Shown: in pieces, positions 24,501-37,200 of the stretch | Layout: the number at the start of each line of letters is the position of its first letter | Position numbering within the stretch: the stretch's first letter is position 1 | Source: Lytechinus pictus | Lineage: Eukaryota | Assembly (NCBI RefSeq): GCF_037042905.1 | Contig: NC_087251.1 | Span: forward strand, 3,970,001 to 4,034,000 | Length of the DNA stretch: 64,000 nucleotides | Reading direction: 5' to 3' | Made by a program: the position numbers and the translations under genes | The notes under the pieces: generated by a model | Seen by the model: the letters and a program-made list of their open reading frames with translations, nothing else | Told to the model about the DNA's origin: nothing | The model's database searches: none

Positions 24501-27500
24501 AAAATGTCTACAAGACTACCTATCCTACTATTTGTGTTGTGTTGATGCGGTTGCTGTTCGTAGGAAGATAAGTGCCCTGAGGGACTTGTTTACTTTCTCT
24601 GATAGGGCTGGAATTGGCTTTGTCCCATCTCAATGTTTCAACGTAAGGATTTCCTCATGTAAATATGCATTATCCAGACACCGGACTTGTTTAATTATTC
24701 AACATTTTTATACTGTTACATTTCATCTACATTGATCTCTCCATCTCCCTCCCTCTCTGTCACCCCCCCCCCCCCCCAACACAAGAGAGAAGCAGACAGC
24801 AAAATGCAAAAAAGGGAACATTGTTTTACATGAATTGTTTACCTGTTAAAACCACTTTTCCAGAAACAAAGATGAGGAGTACAATGCGCGGTTTCACCAT
24901 TCTGTAAATCAGACCTGGAAATAGCTCTGGTTCATAGCTAATGAGCACGAATCAAAGACATCAATGGAGAAAAATAGAAAGGAATGAGAGAAAAGCATGA
25001 TAATAATCAAGTGAATTTCAGAACATCCATCCATAAAAAGGGCTATGGCAAAATATGAAACAAAGACATATTACACAATTTCTATGAATACCCAATAAAG
25101 TGGTCCTGTCGATGTAAAATACAAATTCCTTGGTGTATAAATCATTGATGATTTAGTTTGTAAGATAAAAATAAAGTGAAACAAAACCCAAAATTCTAGG
25201 TTTTAAATGAATTGGATAAAAATAAAAACTGTTATCAGAGCTGGATACAAACTTGTGACTGGTTAATAAATGAATGTGGACAAAGAAAGGGCTGATAAGC
25301 CACACTTCATTCATTTTTCCCCAATGAATTTGAAACCATTTCAATTTGTATAATTTGTATATATTAATCTGTCTACAATCAAAGTTTTATCCATTTACAA
25401 AATAAATTGAAACTACTTGACTCCATGAAATCATAAGTCTTATTACTTAAAAAGAACACCTGTCTTTGAAATGATATGTACTACAACAAAGTAAGCTGTA
25501 TCTTTGTTAAACTTACCTTGAGAACTGTCCATGTGTTAGTACCAATCCTTCCAGACGAATTGGAAACTTAACATCACAACTACCAACCATGTTCTGGATT
25601 TTGAAATCCAAGAACTTTGCCTGGAGAAAGGTAAAAAGGTAATGTACTTATTAACCATAAAATTTCATACAAATCAATATTAATACTATTTACAGGAAGC
25701 AATATTTAAAGTTGATCGAAAGTGAAATCGAGGAATTAAAGATTGAGTAAGACCCCAAAACACATACCGGTATTCTGAAATCCAGTTTAACCTAAGCTAG
25801 TACTACTCTGTTCTCAAGTTACAGAAAGCAAAAAAAGGTAAAAGTCTTGATAACACCATGTTTATTATGTATATTGTTCCCTTTCCTGGTGCTTTGACAG
25901 TGAAGAAAGCTATTTTAGTAATCATTCCAAAAAAAGTTACAATTTGAGTGTCATATAAGCCGATAGGTTTAACCTGTGCGGTCATCGATTTGAGAGAGAG
26001 GGACTCATAGTTGGTTATCCATAATTAAACAGAGTTTGAGACCAGAGTTGAAATTAAACTGAAGCTAAGACTATGGGCCAAACACATTAAGGAAATGTCT
26101 TGAAAACGCCTTGATAGTATACTAGCAGATGAGCAATTATAATAAATGTGCCTCAGCAAATAACTGGACTAGTTCTGTGTGTACATGCATAAAAATCTAG
26201 GTGGGTGTTTAAACCAAGAAGATTTTATGACTGCAGTTCCAACAGGTAACAAATTTATTCAAGCAGCTGTTCATTTCTAAAGAAGCACAAAAGAAAGAAC
26301 GGCAGTCAGGACCTTTTTGATGTCCGCCTTCGAAGCCGCCAGTTTCAGTGAAAAAATCAGAGGAGTGAAACTTTACGAATATCCATTTGATCAATTTTCC
26401 ATCTTTCATATTAATAAACAAACTGAAATTTTATCGGATTAGAAGACATCAATAACCAAGCACTATTACGCCAAGATATTTGCCCAGATTATATCAATTA
26501 ACCTTTAATTAGTGAAAAAAGTAAGAATTTGACCTTTACTGAAACCAGATTTTAACACTTTTCCGATCATTTGCGGTGAATGAAATTTCAAATGTGGTGT
26601 GTGGAATATTGTTATTCATTATTGTATATGCCAGATGGGTGCCTGCCCGTACATGCCAAGTCGAGTAAATTTCAGTCATATTTCAGGACATATTGCAGAG
26701 TTTATTTTTGCATGCCTCCGAATTATGTACTACACATATAACCAGAATTATTATCACAATAGCATATTTCCCTTTATATATGACCTATAGCTGCGGAGTC
26801 ATGCGGGAATCATTTGTCTACACAGTTGCAAGAGATGTTCAGCAAAGTGCATGCCTGACATACTTTCTGCAGGCGGTTTTTAACCTTGTTCAAACGGATT
26901 TTATTTGCTGTTACTCCATCTCATTTGAAACCTTGTTTAAACTAACTTTACAGATTCACATCCATGCATTCCAAGTGTTTTTTCATAAAAAGACATATAA
27001 CCATGAGTGATGTTCAAGAATTTCTGAACCAAGAACCAATTTCGAATTTGTATTGTTGAAAAACTTGAAATTGTTCTTTCTGAATATGTATTGTTGCTTA
27101 ATTCAGGAAATTGTAAACTCCAGAAAATTTAAATATGCTCATTTTCATTAGAAGACAAATGACTGTCAAAGAAACATTACATTGAAATAATAACATTTGG
27201 AAAGCTCATATTACACATATCCACACCCCCAGATTTTAACATTTTGAGTGCCCCAAAATTAAATGGTTAATTAAACTTCTGTTTCCCTGACAATTGAATT
27301 AGATTGACTTACAGTACCTTATTTTAAAGACATACTGAGTAATTTGACAATGTAAATCATATTGATATGAACTCATTTGAGATTACGCTATGAATCATCT
27401 ACGACTACTTTTTAACCCTTTAGCACCTACAGATTCCTATGCATAATGGCAATTACTCACTGGAGGAAACAATAAAACTGGTAATAAGTAGGCATTGTTC

Positions 27501-30500
27501 CAAACAAATTGAAATATTTTTTTATAAATTTACTTTTGTTCATTACAAGTTATATTTATTTTGTAGCATAGGACCTGTTGAATAGAATGGTACATGGCAA
27601 AGTTCAATCAGATGTACGAATATTGACCTTTGACAATCGTTTGCAGAGCGAGAAGAAGAAAAAAAAAAAAGTTCGGGTTTCAGCCGCCCCAGTCCCACGC
27701 CTTCAAAAAAATGTAAAGTATCACTGACAGAATACTAAAGTTTTCGCCAAATCTTGGATCAAATATGTCAAAAATTAATTCCAACTCACATCTAGATGTC
27801 ACTCTGTGTGATATCCAACGTTTTGATGAACATATAGCAACGCCCGAGCTTCTTCGGCGAAGTAAGTGGTTTTCCGAGACATGGACGCAGCCATCTTTGC
27901 TGAGATCGACTGCGCAACAGTCTGGTACTTGCTACACACCGATGCATGTCAATCGGTTTTTCTCTATTATACTCAATAGGAGCATACACTTTTCTATGCA
28001 GATCTATGTAGCAGCCAACCTATACGGTATGCACACGCAATATTACCACGGTAAATCATAGACAAGAGATACTATAGCGCAAAGAAAACGTACGGGCGGT
28101 TAAGGGCGGTTCAGTGTGTAATAGGAAGGGCGGTCTCGGGCGGTTCAGGTGCTAAAGGGTTAATGAAATCATACTGATTTATCTTCATTTCATGCCTTGG
28201 CACTTTATGAAATATATCACCAACATATATAAAGTAAATTATATCAATACGATAATGTTTCCACCCAAGAAGTGTTTAGAGATATTTTTATTATGTTTAA
28301 TGTCAGGCAAAATCAATGGTCAAAACATAAACAAAAAAATGCAAGAAAAGACAGATTCTTACTTATCTAAAAATGATTATTTATCCTGAACTCAATTCAA
28401 TTTGAAAGAAATAGATCAAACAAATCTTAATTGAATCCAATAAGAATTTGTTGCAGCACTAATAACCATCTAATAACACAAATACCGAATCTACCTTTAC
28501 AGAGCCTTTAAAATAACCTAACATTTTCACATCTTCCAAAGATAGATAAAGTAAAACAAGAATCCCCACTTACAGCGAATCCCAACTTCTGTACAACTCT
28601 TGCATATTTCCTGGCAGCCAATCTAGAGTCATCTTCACTCTTAGCACCTGTACAAACCATCTTTCCTGAACTAAAGATGAGAGCTGTGGTTCTTGGCTCA
28701 CGTATTCTCATGATCACTGCAGCAAATCTCTGTTACATATAACAAAATGATTTCAAACCAAGGTTAATTTTCTTCTCCTGAAATGGAATCTGAACTTCAT
28801 TTGGTGACCAATCCCGTTGACATGTTTACATCTTCTTTAGAAAGATTTATCACTTTATCATATCATATGATAATCTGTGATATATATAATATATTGTACC
28901 TGTTCTAACAAGCTATGATATTTGCCACTTTGTTATTTGAAAAAAATTAGTCCAGCTCTCCCCATTGTAATCAATTTCTCAATGTAAATTCCTTTTTTTA
29001 AGACTTCATTCTAATATTACCTTTGGGTTGTATTCTGCATTTCTTGCATGTAGTGCAATTTTCTTGAGTTCCAACTTGCAACTCAGATTTACAGTTGACA
29101 CAATATTCCTAAAGGGTGAAAGGTCAAAATAAAAGACACTGATTGTTAATACTATGATGAAATGGGTAACTTACAGTATAGGAAATACAGAAATGCAACT
29201 CATAGTCACAAGAACATGACAACAAACAGCTCCATAAGATTTAAAAAAAATACAAGTAAACACAACTATTACATCGTAGCATAAATCAAAATGATCTCAG
29301 GTCACAGTTCAGCCAACTCATTCAGTATCATTTTAAAAACACTATTATATGTTTGAATGAGAAAAAAAACTCCTGTCACCTTACTCACATTGTTCCTTTA
29401 AAAAAAAGTGCATATACAGTTAGCAAGAATGTTTATAGCATTGAATGTAGGATTTGCCTTGTCAATAGCTGATGTTTGTGATACTCAGAACAATGCTACT
29501 CCTTAGCAGTGAACTTGAAATCACCCACAGAACTTACTGTAGTTGTGGAACAATGCCCGATGATTCACTGCTCGCTGGTGTAGCAGGAGTTAAGGGAGCC
29601 ATCGGGGAAGGAGGAATAAAGCTGCTACCAGGTGCAAGTGATGTCACACTACCAACTGAACCAAAAGAAGGTGTACCAATGGATGGAACAGAGAGATAGG
29701 ACTGACTCTGTTGGGAACTTATCTGGGGATAGTGACTCCTCTGCTGCCCTTCATCCTGATTTTCCTGTACAACAAAAAAGAAACAGATAATGATTATCAC
29801 AAGTGCTAACTAGGTCTGCGCTAATAACAAAAGAAATTTATGAAAATCATGTTTTAAAATCAATTTACATTGATGCATACTGCACTATGAATGTAAATCC
29901 CCTTGGTCTTGCCGCATCCAGCGTGTTTCAATACATTTAATGTGTCCGTTAACACTTTTTTTTAAATTGTTCTTTGGGCCTGATGTTGCCATCATATGAT
30001 GAAAAGTGGTCCATGACTGCCACGTAAAAACCATAATTAAATTAAAAGTACAAGGTTTTACATCAAGCTAATTAAATATGAATTAACACTATTCTTTAAA
30101 GGACAAGTCCACCCAAACAAAAAGTTGATTTGAATAAAAAGAGAAAAATCCAATAAGCATAACATTGAAAATTTCATCAAAATCGGATGTAAAATAAGAA
30201 AGTTATGACATTTTAAAATTTCGCTTAATTTCACAAAACGGTTATATGCACATTCTGGCTGGTATGCAAATTAGGAGACTATGATGTCATCCACTCACTA
30301 TTTCTTTTGTATTTTATTATATGAAATATTCTAATTTTTTTTTATTGTCAAGTGATACAACGATTAATTCCTCCCTGAACATGTGAAATTAGCATTGTTT
30401 AATACTATATGGTTCAGTCAAGTTGGTCCATATTGTCAAATCTATAAAAAATGAAATATTGTATAATTCAAACAATAAAAAACAAAAGAAATAGTGAGTG

Positions 30501-32030
30501 ATGGACATCATTGACTGAGTCACCTACTTGTGCATATCACTGTTTTGTGAAAAATAAGCAAAACTTTAAAATGTCATAATTTTCTTATTTTACATCCGAT
30601 TTTGATGAAATTTTCAGCACTATGCGAGTTTGATTTTTCTCTATTTATTCAAGTCAGCATTTTCCTGGGGTGGGCTTGAACTTTAACAATAACAGACAAT
30701 TCATCAATTCTTGCTACAAAAACACAATAACTTTATATGAAACAAAAGTTAATGTAGATCATGTACTTATCCAGAACCAGCATGAACCATACCTATATGG
30801 AAAATAGTACAACCAGTTTTGATAGGAACATTCTGGCTAGTCTTGTATTTTGAATATAAAAATAAAACAAATTTTAAAAAGAAAAAAAAATGTAGGGTCT
30901 AGATCGAACTTTAATAAAAAATGCTCCAGATAACAGATTTCAGCGTTTCACTTTTAGTGTTAGGTGTCAAACTAACTCTTACTAGGCCTTATCGCGTATC
31001 GTGAAATTAGTCACCTCTCTTCTTGTGTGTGTGCACTCGTTGTGTACAAAGTCAATGGGAGTTGAAAGAAGTCACTAGCGCTGACGAAATACTAATTACT
31101 ATAAACGTCAGTGAATGGACTGGTGACTTAAACCAGGATAATGCCGATTTAAAATAAACCTAACCTAAGCTAAGTTAGGCCTAACGTTCTTCTTCTGAAA
31201 ACAGTACAGTCCACCGTCTGGTGTATTGTCGTACGTTAACTTAGTCTTACTAGTCGTCTAGACTACGCTGACAATTAAGACTCTAGTACCGTATGGGCAC
31301 TAGTATTCAACCCGGCATAATTCAAAGATTTTGACATATTCCCCAAAATATTTAGAAATAGGGAATTTATCTTAATTTCATACCTTTGTTATTTCCAGGG
31401 TAATCTGTTGTCGGTATTTTCTTTATCAATCTGTCGACTGTATGCACGGAGGATCGAATTATGCGGCGATGGCCTTTTGCACTGAATGGTACTAGTATTC
31501 AACCTAGTGAGGATTGATAGCAAATTTCAAAAGGGTTTAGATTGCTAAATTAGATCTAGATCTATGTAAGTCTCTGGCTTTGATTAATTCCCTGTTTGGT
31601 CTCATCTCAAATGGTCTAGTCCTTAGTCGGATGGGACAAGGGCAGATTGAGAGACAGGGCCATCTTTCATCACTAGGTTGAATACTAGTACTGACGGATT
31701 GAATACTAGTACCAAAAACCGTCGCCGTAAAATTTGATCGCCTGCGCACGCAGTTGACGGGTTGAAGAAAAAAATAACGGGAAAAGAATAACCAGCATTT
31801 GCTCTTGGAAATAAGACAGGTCTCGGTCTGAAATTCAGAAAAATTCCATATTTCTGTATATTTGAAGAAACTCTCCAAACGGGTTGAATACTAGTACCCT
31901 TACGGTATAAGAGTTAAAAAAAACGTTAACGTTAGAGCTAGAAAAGGCTAGAATTATTAGTTACCTGCTGGTTTTTGTGAAGGGACACAGGAACAATTTG
32001 TCCATGTTGTTGCTGACTAGGATTGTACAT
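15433..32030 (-). CDS. TBP: TATA-box binding protein, whole gene span: join(31965-32030, 29538-29764, 29021-29108, 28574-28729, 25517-25620, 24843-24937, 15433-15512); 816 nt, 271 aa
   Basis: Manual splicing gives an uninterrupted [11 protein letters not shown]...[12 protein letters not shown]...[10 protein letters not shown]...[38 protein letters not shown]...[12 protein letters not shown]...[13 protein letters not shown]...[26 protein letters not shown]. This is the canonical two-repeat TBP core. All six introns are GT-AG and phases match. Confidence 0.97.
16109..17836 (+). repeat. 5' LTR (1728 bp)
   Basis: Starts TGTAGTGAC, ends CCCAACA; direct repeat of 22227-23955; internal ~39-bp tandem duplication near 16160-16235. 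Confidence 0.97.
17840..17857 (+). promoter_or_regulatory. Primer-binding site complementary to the tRNA-Trp 3' end
   Basis: TGGTGATCCCGACGTGAT, 3 nt after the LTR; one mismatch to the classical tRNA-Trp PBS TGGTGACCCCGACGTGAT. Confidence 0.9.
18069..18947 (+). CDS. gag: Retrotransposon Gag (292 aa)
   Basis: N-terminal [16 protein letters not shown] motif, RS-rich stretch, C-terminal Cx2Hx9Cx3C ([18 protein letters not shown]) knuckle. Confidence 0.93.
   Translation: MSQEDADAKSTADSESILGAVALKLPPFWRNDPEVWFAQAEAQFATRNIVVESTKYSYVIATLPPEVAQDIRDVLINPPVSEPYTTLKKKIISRTTESEQRRVQMLLTEEELGDRKPSQLLRRMEQLVGDQKLESGILRQLFLQRLPPNVRLILASTSESLALSDLAALADRILEAHVPVVNTVAPVTDAGSHAITVKPAQSGDIQGANSNLVRQIADLTKLVRELATAVGQLKHDRSRSRNRSRSKTRDKRDSTPVSESPEDRGYCWYHSQYAENAHRCKAPCNWNSQGNA
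18941..22120 (+). CDS. pol: Retrotransposon Pol (protease-RT-RNase H-integrase), in the -1 frame relative to gag
   Basis: Frame is open upstream of the ORF-track start and includes protease FLVDTGA. Also RT YIDD, RNase H DAS, integrase HHCC and D-D-E, GPY module. No stops. Confidence 0.96.
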   Translation, partial: RIDQRVGATNPTGQPDSRLFYINDINSRKKFLVDTGAAVSVILPTKQQRVKPSTLKLRAANGSRITTYGQQSLTLDLGVRRSCRWIFIIADVTMPILGADFLHHFQFLIDMAKPRLIDPLTNMQVSGRHTDTVSLSPVFDTPEAIDAYTKMLRDEYADITIPVYRSQDVKHNVVHHIVTRGQPVTARPRRLTGDKLDIARNEFQHMLDLGIIRPSSSQWASPLHMVPKKTAGDWRPCGDYRALNKATVPDRYPVPHIQDFTANLNGKRIFSKIDLVRAYHQIPVAPDDICKTAICTPFGLYEFERMPFGLRNAAQSFQRFIDQVIRGLPFVYAYIDDLLVASNSEGEHERHLRLLFERLREFGVVVNPNKCVFGRSELEFLGHRINRDGVSPLPDKVDAIRNCTVPTTLKQLRGFLGLVNFYRRFIPNCAHILMPLTDLLRNRKKRSKKPLDWSPACTAAFVEVKEKLAQITLLAYPNSDYPLSLMVDASDRAIGGVIQQLHDNAWEPIAFFSRKLLPAETRYSAFGRELLAIYLAIKHFRYMLEGRPFCVYTDHKPLTYALNAKPDRHSPREIRHLDFISQFTTDIRYVKGQDNVVADTLSRPDISALHTESRIDFTDIAEAQETDSELQAYLNSEVNSSMVLKKVPRLTTGGSIVCDTSHRLARPFVPKIHRRAVFDAIHGLSHPGVRATQRAITARYVWPGINKDVRKWARECLPCQRSKTNRHVKAPQGTFSTPDARFAHVHLDLVGPLPHSNGYTYLLTCIDRFTRWPEAIPITDITAETVAKTFVERWVAMFGAPSSVTTDRGRQFESRLFAELTKLLGTTRIRTTAYHPAANGMVERFHRQLKAALKAYEDPSRWSEQLPLTLLGIRSTIKADLSCSSAELVFGTTLRLPGQFVTAERTDVDPSDYISRLRRHMASCTLTPTRAKQGSTHIPRDLFSCSHVFVRVDSVRKPLQQPYKGPYKVLKRKDRFFTLDIDGKRDQICIDRLKVAYIENQESLEESLSKSKSIVKGRIPSSVVKSAVQSSRTSTPTAPIRKTRSGRHVRFPERYIAVC
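22213..22221 (+). promoter_or_regulatory. Polypurine tract
   Basis: AGGAGGGGA, 5 nt upstream of the 3' LTR. Confidence 0.75.
22227..23955 (+). repeat. 3' LTR (1729 bp)
   Basis: By eye it differs from the 5' LTR only by one extra T in a T-run and one G/A substitution. Confidence 0.97.
24843..24937 (-). CDS. TBP: TBP coding exon 6 ([31 protein letters not shown])
   Basis: Acceptor cattag|, donor G|gtaaac, 95 nt. Confidence 0.97.
25517..25620 (-). CDS. TBP: TBP coding exon 5 ([34 protein letters not shown])
   Basis: Acceptor ctccag|, donor AG|gtaagt, 104 nt. Confidence 0.97.
27416..28159. mobile_element. piggyBac-like MITE in TBP intron 4
   Basis: 13-bp TIR CCCTTTAGCACCT / AGGTGCTAAAGGG, TTAA TSD. 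Confidence 0.85.
28574..28729 (-). CDS. TBP: TBP coding exon 4 ([12 protein letters not shown]...VQKLGFA)
   Basis: Acceptor aacag|, donor GCT|gtaagt, 156 nt; overlaps ORF-track 28508..28717. Confidence 0.98.
29021..29108 (-). CDS. TBP: TBP coding exon 3 ([29 protein letters not shown])
   Basis: Acceptor tttag|, donor AAG|gtaat, 88 nt; TBP core repeat 1. Confidence 0.97.
29538..29764 (-). CDS. TBP: TBP coding exon 2 (ENQDEG...SGIVPQLQ)
   Basis: Acceptor gtacag|, donor CA|gtaagt, 227 nt. Contains the conserved [18 protein letters not shown] linker. Confidence 0.95.
30100..30682. mobile_element. Kolobok-like MITE in TBP intron 1
   Basis: TIR AGGACAAGTCCACCC / GGGTGGGCTTGAACT, TTAA TSD; a related split copy ends at 37417. 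Confidence 0.8.
31281..31913. mobile_element. piggyBac-like MITE about 50 bp from the TBP exon 1 donor
   Basis: ~34-bp imperfect TIR ending ...CTAGTATTCAACCCG, TTAA on the right side, internal copies of ACTAGTATTCAA. Confidence 0.7.
31965..32030 (-). CDS. TBP: TBP coding exon 1 ([22 protein letters not shown])
   Basis: ATG at 32030, 66 nt, donor CAG|gtaac, phase 0 matches exon 2. Confidence 0.85.
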
Positions 32031-32520
32031 GTCTGATCCAACGGTCTTGCCTCTTGTTTTAAATTCTTGAACTCAAATTTCTGACAGATGCAGTGAAGTC
32101 ATGCAGTCACGGCGCGTCACTCTTCCCTTAGGCTTGAACAGTAACAGCTACACAGGGGGCTCAATCGAGCTACCCCGGCCGGCCCCGAGCTGAGCTGGCC
32201 CTGTGGCTGTGTCGGGCTGCACGTTACAGTCCAGTCCCGTATATTCAAAGTCGCGTCTTCTTTTGTAGACAGCAAAAGAAGACAGTAGCCTAAACTTAAA
32301 GCTAATAAAGTTCTCACACAACTTATCGCAAAACACTCATAAGAACCGCAATTTTTTATTCTCCTCAACTGACCAACTCTGCAGATTCGAAAGAAACGGC
32401 AACTCGACGCGACAACAATTTGATTTAAAAGCTTTATCAAAAAGACAAAAGTGCCTTGCACCAGGCAATGAAATAAATGCAACCAATTAATATGGGCCAA
32501 TGCAAGCTAGCCGCGGTACG
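32031..32520 (-). promoter_or_regulatory. TBP 5' UTR and proximal promoter region (TSS not precisely placeable)
   Basis: GC/CpG-richer unique sequence directly upstream of the ATG. Two CCAAT motifs at ~32483 and ~32497. Contains short uORFs. Confidence 0.5.
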
Positions 32521-32647
32521 CTAAGCTACGTATACGGTGACTATACTAGCTAGCGCTGCGCTGCGCATGGGGGTACCGGTATAATATGGAAGGCCAAGCC
32601 GCTCAATAACGTGAACTACCATACGTATGCTCAAATAAGAGTACAAC

Positions 32648-33289
32648 CCCCATTCCACAGAGAACACACCCGGGGAACACACCGCTGAAAGACCTTTGAA
32701 AGACCATGAATTCAGGTTGATCTTTCAGAGGTCTCTCAATGAACCTACAATGGTCTTTGAGGTTTTACACGAGTCCTGACCAATCTTTCAGTGGTCTTCG
32801 TGGTCTTCATGGGCTCCAAAACTTTTTGAAACGGTTCATGTCTTACAACGTACGGTCTTACAGGAAAATGGTCTTTCAGGTTTCAGCAGTCTTTCAGCGC
32901 GGTCTTTCGATGAACTTTCAAAGGTCTTTGTAGTCTTTCAATGATCTTTCGGCAGTCTCTCAAGATTTTTGCGGAGATCACTGTAAGACTCATAAGAGAT
33001 CATTGAAAGATCATTCAATATCATTGATCGAAGACCAGGCATAGCTGGAAAGAATTCTGAAAGATCACTTGTTGCATACAAGATTCCTGAAAGACCAGAT
33101 CTAAGACCAGTAAGACAAGAAATATCCATCAGTCTTTCAGAGTTCTTTGATCGAGGGGTCTTAATTTCTGAGCCATTCCACAGAGATGACAAATTTTAGT
33201 GATCTTAATTGAAGACCGCTGTAAGACCTCACCAATTTTAAGTCTTTCAGTGGTCTTTCAATGGTCTCCGTTCTGTGGAATTAATGGGG
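32648..33289. mobile_element. MITE rich in AAGACC/GGTCTT motifs, just upstream of TBP
   Basis: Inverted termini CCCATTCCACAG / CTGTGGAAT..ATGGG; dozens of short AAGAYC motifs in both orientations. Confidence 0.55.
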
Positions 33290-33583
33290 GCCTTGTGTTC
33301 TCCAGAAACAGTACGTGTTTTCCGTTAACAGTACGTGTGCTCTAATGGACCAATCAGCGAGCTCGATTTGGGTTTTATGCACGCGTATGCTTTTACCATA
33401 CGTCAGCTTGTAGCATACGTATGGTGTACCATACGTATGGTTATTTAGCGAATAGCATACGTATATATGCGCAGACTTTGGGTGAAGTTTGTAACCATCC
33501 AATCAGAAACTCCGTTATAGCAGATCCTGTGCCAAACTCACTGTAGTGAATGCACGTGGTCGTCCGTGTCTGCCGCGCTGAAC

Positions 33584-33621
33584 CACTGAACTATACCACT
33601 ACGTAGTGGTATAGTTCAGTG
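33584..33621. repeat. Perfect 38-bp palindrome with a probable 8-bp TSD
   Basis: CACTGAACTATACCACTACGTAGTGGTATAGTTCAGTG flanked by CGCTGAAC / CGCTAAAC. Confidence 0.85.
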
Positions 33622-33805
33622 CGCTAAACGATACCACTAGGTAGTGTGTGTGTGTGTGTGTGTAGGGGGGTATGTGCCAGAGTTGATGTCCCCCCTAAAA
33701 AAAAGAGTGTAGGTTGCAGGCTGGAACTTAGTGGAGGAAAGATTTTATGCAAACAATTTATGCCCTATTCATCTCAGTACTCTTGAGGATACCTCGGCTG
33801 TTACT

Positions 33806-34091
33806 CAGAAGCGGATCTAGAGGGGGGGGGGGTTGGGGGGGGTTGCAACCCCCCCCCCCCCCAAAAAAAAAAATCCGGGGACCATTTTTTTAAATCTTAT
33901 CTTTTTTTTAAAACTTGTAATTTTATTTTATTCTATTTCTATGTATTTATTTTTCAAAATTTTTCCCTACTGTGGGAGGGGGACACCCCCCTCCCACACC
34001 CTCCCCCCTCGCTCGCTTGGACTCGGTCGCTACGCTCCCTCGCATACCACCCCAACCCCCCCCCCTTTATAAAAAGCTGGATCCGCCCCTG
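33806..34091. mobile_element. Small CAG-ended MITE with 5-bp TSD
   Basis: TIR CAGAAGCGGATC / GATCCGCCCCTG; TTACT on both sides. Confidence 0.7.
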
Positions 34092-34507
34092 TTACTGGAT
34101 GAAAATTCACCAGATTTTTGCTGTTTTACAACACTACTCGAATTGTGATTGAATCTAACTATACCGGAAGTACCTGATAGCCCACCGTTTCTCAATTGGA
34201 TTAAAGAGGGTGGATAGTTTTGGTAATTCCTCAAAATCGGCATGTCACCATTCTAATTAATTTGTATATTATATGAATGTGTATGTCCTAAAACAGTCAT
34301 GATGTGGATGATATGAAATGAAAAGGTGTTTTTCATGATAAATTATGCTCTTACATGTGTGGATTTTACTTTGTCGGGATACCCAGCTTTTTGAAACGTA
34401 GCTGCATGCAGACATTCAAAGTGCGCACCACCGCCTCTGCCGTGCGTGTGCTAGCGAGAACGATAATGTAGTCCTCGCTACACAATTGCGTTGTCAATCA
34501 GTTTTAC

Positions 34508-34530
34508 CATAGAGCTATTACAGCTCTATG
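34508..34530. repeat. 23-bp hairpin micro-insertion with 7-bp TSD
   Basis: CATAGAGCT-ATTAC-AGCTCTATG flanked by GTTTTAC on both sides. Confidence 0.75.
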
Positions 34531-35776
34531 GTTTTACAAAGCTCATAGTCGTAGATACATTGCCGTTTCCAGACTTTCCTTGCATGATTGCATCACATTA
34601 CAACGAACGGCAGAGCAGACTTTAGATCTAAACAGCCTTGATCGATATTAGGAGTACGTACCTCATTCCTACCTTCCTTGAAGTTTGAACTTGCCCTTGG
34701 CTGGCATGGGGGCCGCTTGCATATAACAAACCTCGACCGTCCCATCTTCCCCATTAAAAAAATGCAACCACGATATTAGCTGTTGCAAATAAGTATCTGC
34801 TCTCTGATTGCTAATATAACACTGGAACAATTTATAAATCAGAATGAATATAACGTACAGCACAGAATTAGAATTGGAAAAACTTCTTTTTTTTGTTCTT
34901 CTCCGACTTCCCGCGTATTAGCCTCAGCTCATCTTGTTTCAGATTGACAAAAAGTTTTATTTTACGATTCTAATGATTCAAAAGAAAAGAAAGGAAAATG
35001 AAACCAACAGAAAGAACCCTTACATTCAAAGAAAATTCCAAGATTGTGCATCCTGTTTATGTTTTGGAAATGCATTGATTTAATTCTCACTAAAATGATA
35101 TATAAACAGTCTTTAGGTTAATTGTGTCTGAATTCGTAGACTAGTACAGTGTGCACGTTGGATGTATGTTCTGTGTATGCAGTAGGACTGGCCGGGAATT
35201 TCATTCACTTGTGCGTGGGTGTACGGTATGAGTGTGTGTGTTTGTGTTGAATAGTGCGTGTGGAGACGTTACGTAATAAGGTCAACAGATACATTGCATG
35301 CAATGATCTTGTATACCGGGCCTCCTAAAGGTCATGAAGAGTTCAGTTCACTGGTCATGTACATGGAGAGATCCTGCGTGTCCCGAGATAATTTGATTCA
35401 ATCGAAACCATGGGCCTAGTATACAGCTCAGCATGCCGAGTTTCAGAAAACTGGCTATCCTATGGAATAAGTAATTTATTGGATAAAGTTCTGTAAATAA
35501 TGTTATTCAGTTTGATCGTATATCTTTCCATAATATGGCCATTTCACATGGTAATAACCACTATCTCACTAACTAAATAGGCCTTCCAAAAGAACAATAA
35601 AGATAATAATGTGGGTCGGGTGTAACGTCGATATAGGGCCTCGATATCATTTTATATATTTCCCCATAATTTTATTTTTTTCCTGAATATGTGGAATAAC
35701 CGCTGAGGATTATATCTATGGTTCAGTCAAGTTGGTCCTTATTTTCAAATCTCTAATTGAAATATAATTCAAACAA

Positions 35777-37200
35777 GCCAGGGGGGCGGTGGGGGCGATC
35801 GCCCCCCCCCAAAAAAAAAAAAAACGTCCCCAAAATGAAAAAAAGAGAAAAAAGAGAGGAGAAAAGGAAAAGGGAAGGGAGGAAAGGGAAGAAAGGTATA
35901 GCTTTGAGTTTTTTTTTTTCTTTTTATTCTTTTTTTTTCTCAAAAGAGAAACTCCTTCACTCTTGCTCTAGATTTATATATGAATTTTGCTTCCGCGCTG
36001 CGCGCGGTTAAATGACAATATTGAAGATCTCCATTGTTCCCCCCACCCTTTCTCTAACCCTGTTTTTCCACCTCAGCTATATATGTGTTTCTTGCCGGGT
36101 AAAGTTCAAATGTATACATTAGGGCATGGTTAGGCCGAAGTATATGAAGTTATCTTTTTTTTTTATTGATCGCGCAACTTCTGGTCGGCTCCGGTTGGGT
36201 GAAATCTTTATATCAATTTCTGCCGTCACCTCCATAAAGTCAACTTCTCCCGCTTTTCAGCTCATTACTAAACAACCATAATTTTTGGGGCAAACAGGTT
36301 CCTAATTTAAAAAGAGGAAGGTATAAAATTCGTATCTTATTAAATAAAAAAGTACAATATTTTTTATCAAATTCTATTAAACTTCATGTCATTTCCCTGC
36401 ACATTCATCTCCTGTCCTGTTTTGCGCCCTCAGTTTGAAATTTTGAATGACACCAAAGTTTCTTTATAATTCAAAATGAAGCGCTTCAGGATAAGAAAAA
36501 GAAATTAGGTATCCTTTTTATATAATTTCAATAAATCACAGAAGTTTCAACTTTTTGCGCACTATTTTCCTTGTAATGAAGTTCAATAATCTTAGAAAAT
36601 TAATTGAATTAGAGCCGATCGGGTATTGGAGATATCTGCATTTGATGAAACGTCTGCCCTTTGAAATTTCAGAGTTTCGTTGTTCTGCGCGGGGAGGAAT
36701 ATCTTCCTCCCGGCATATACACTTCTTCTCCTCTGTTTTGCGAGTTAAAGATATGCACTGTCGCTAAATTGTTTGTAATCAAATCTGATCTTTCCAAGGG
36801 AAGTATCCAATATGTGTTTGAGAATACCGTTTTCTCGGGACCCTTTTCATGGCAAAAAATTGATAAAACGCTTTAGTTTCCGCGCTTCGCACGGGGTTAT
36901 TATCATTTTAATTTCCTCCATTGTATTCCTTTTTTGTGCGTTCACAATCCTTTTTGAAAACAATGTTCAAAATCACAATATAGTCAACTGAATTGGAGCT
37001 GATATATAGGTACTAAAGACAAGAGAGACGGCTCCTTTTCATTTTAATTTATGGAACACCAAAAGCTTCGCAAGGGAGGGGGAAACTCCCCCTCCCTGCA
37101 CCCACCCCCTAGGGAGTGCGCTTCGCGCGCTCTGTAAGTGTTGGCACGCTTCGCGTGCATTTACCGCCCCCTCCAAAATGAAATCCTGGCTACGCGGTTG
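35777..37200 (+). mobile_element. ~1.4-kb non-autonomous element (family F, copy 1) inside a Kolobok-like MITE remnant
   Basis: Ends GGCTACGCGGTTG; inverted homolog at 55339-56477 plus 63880-64000; flanks match the 30100-30682 family. Confidence 0.75.
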
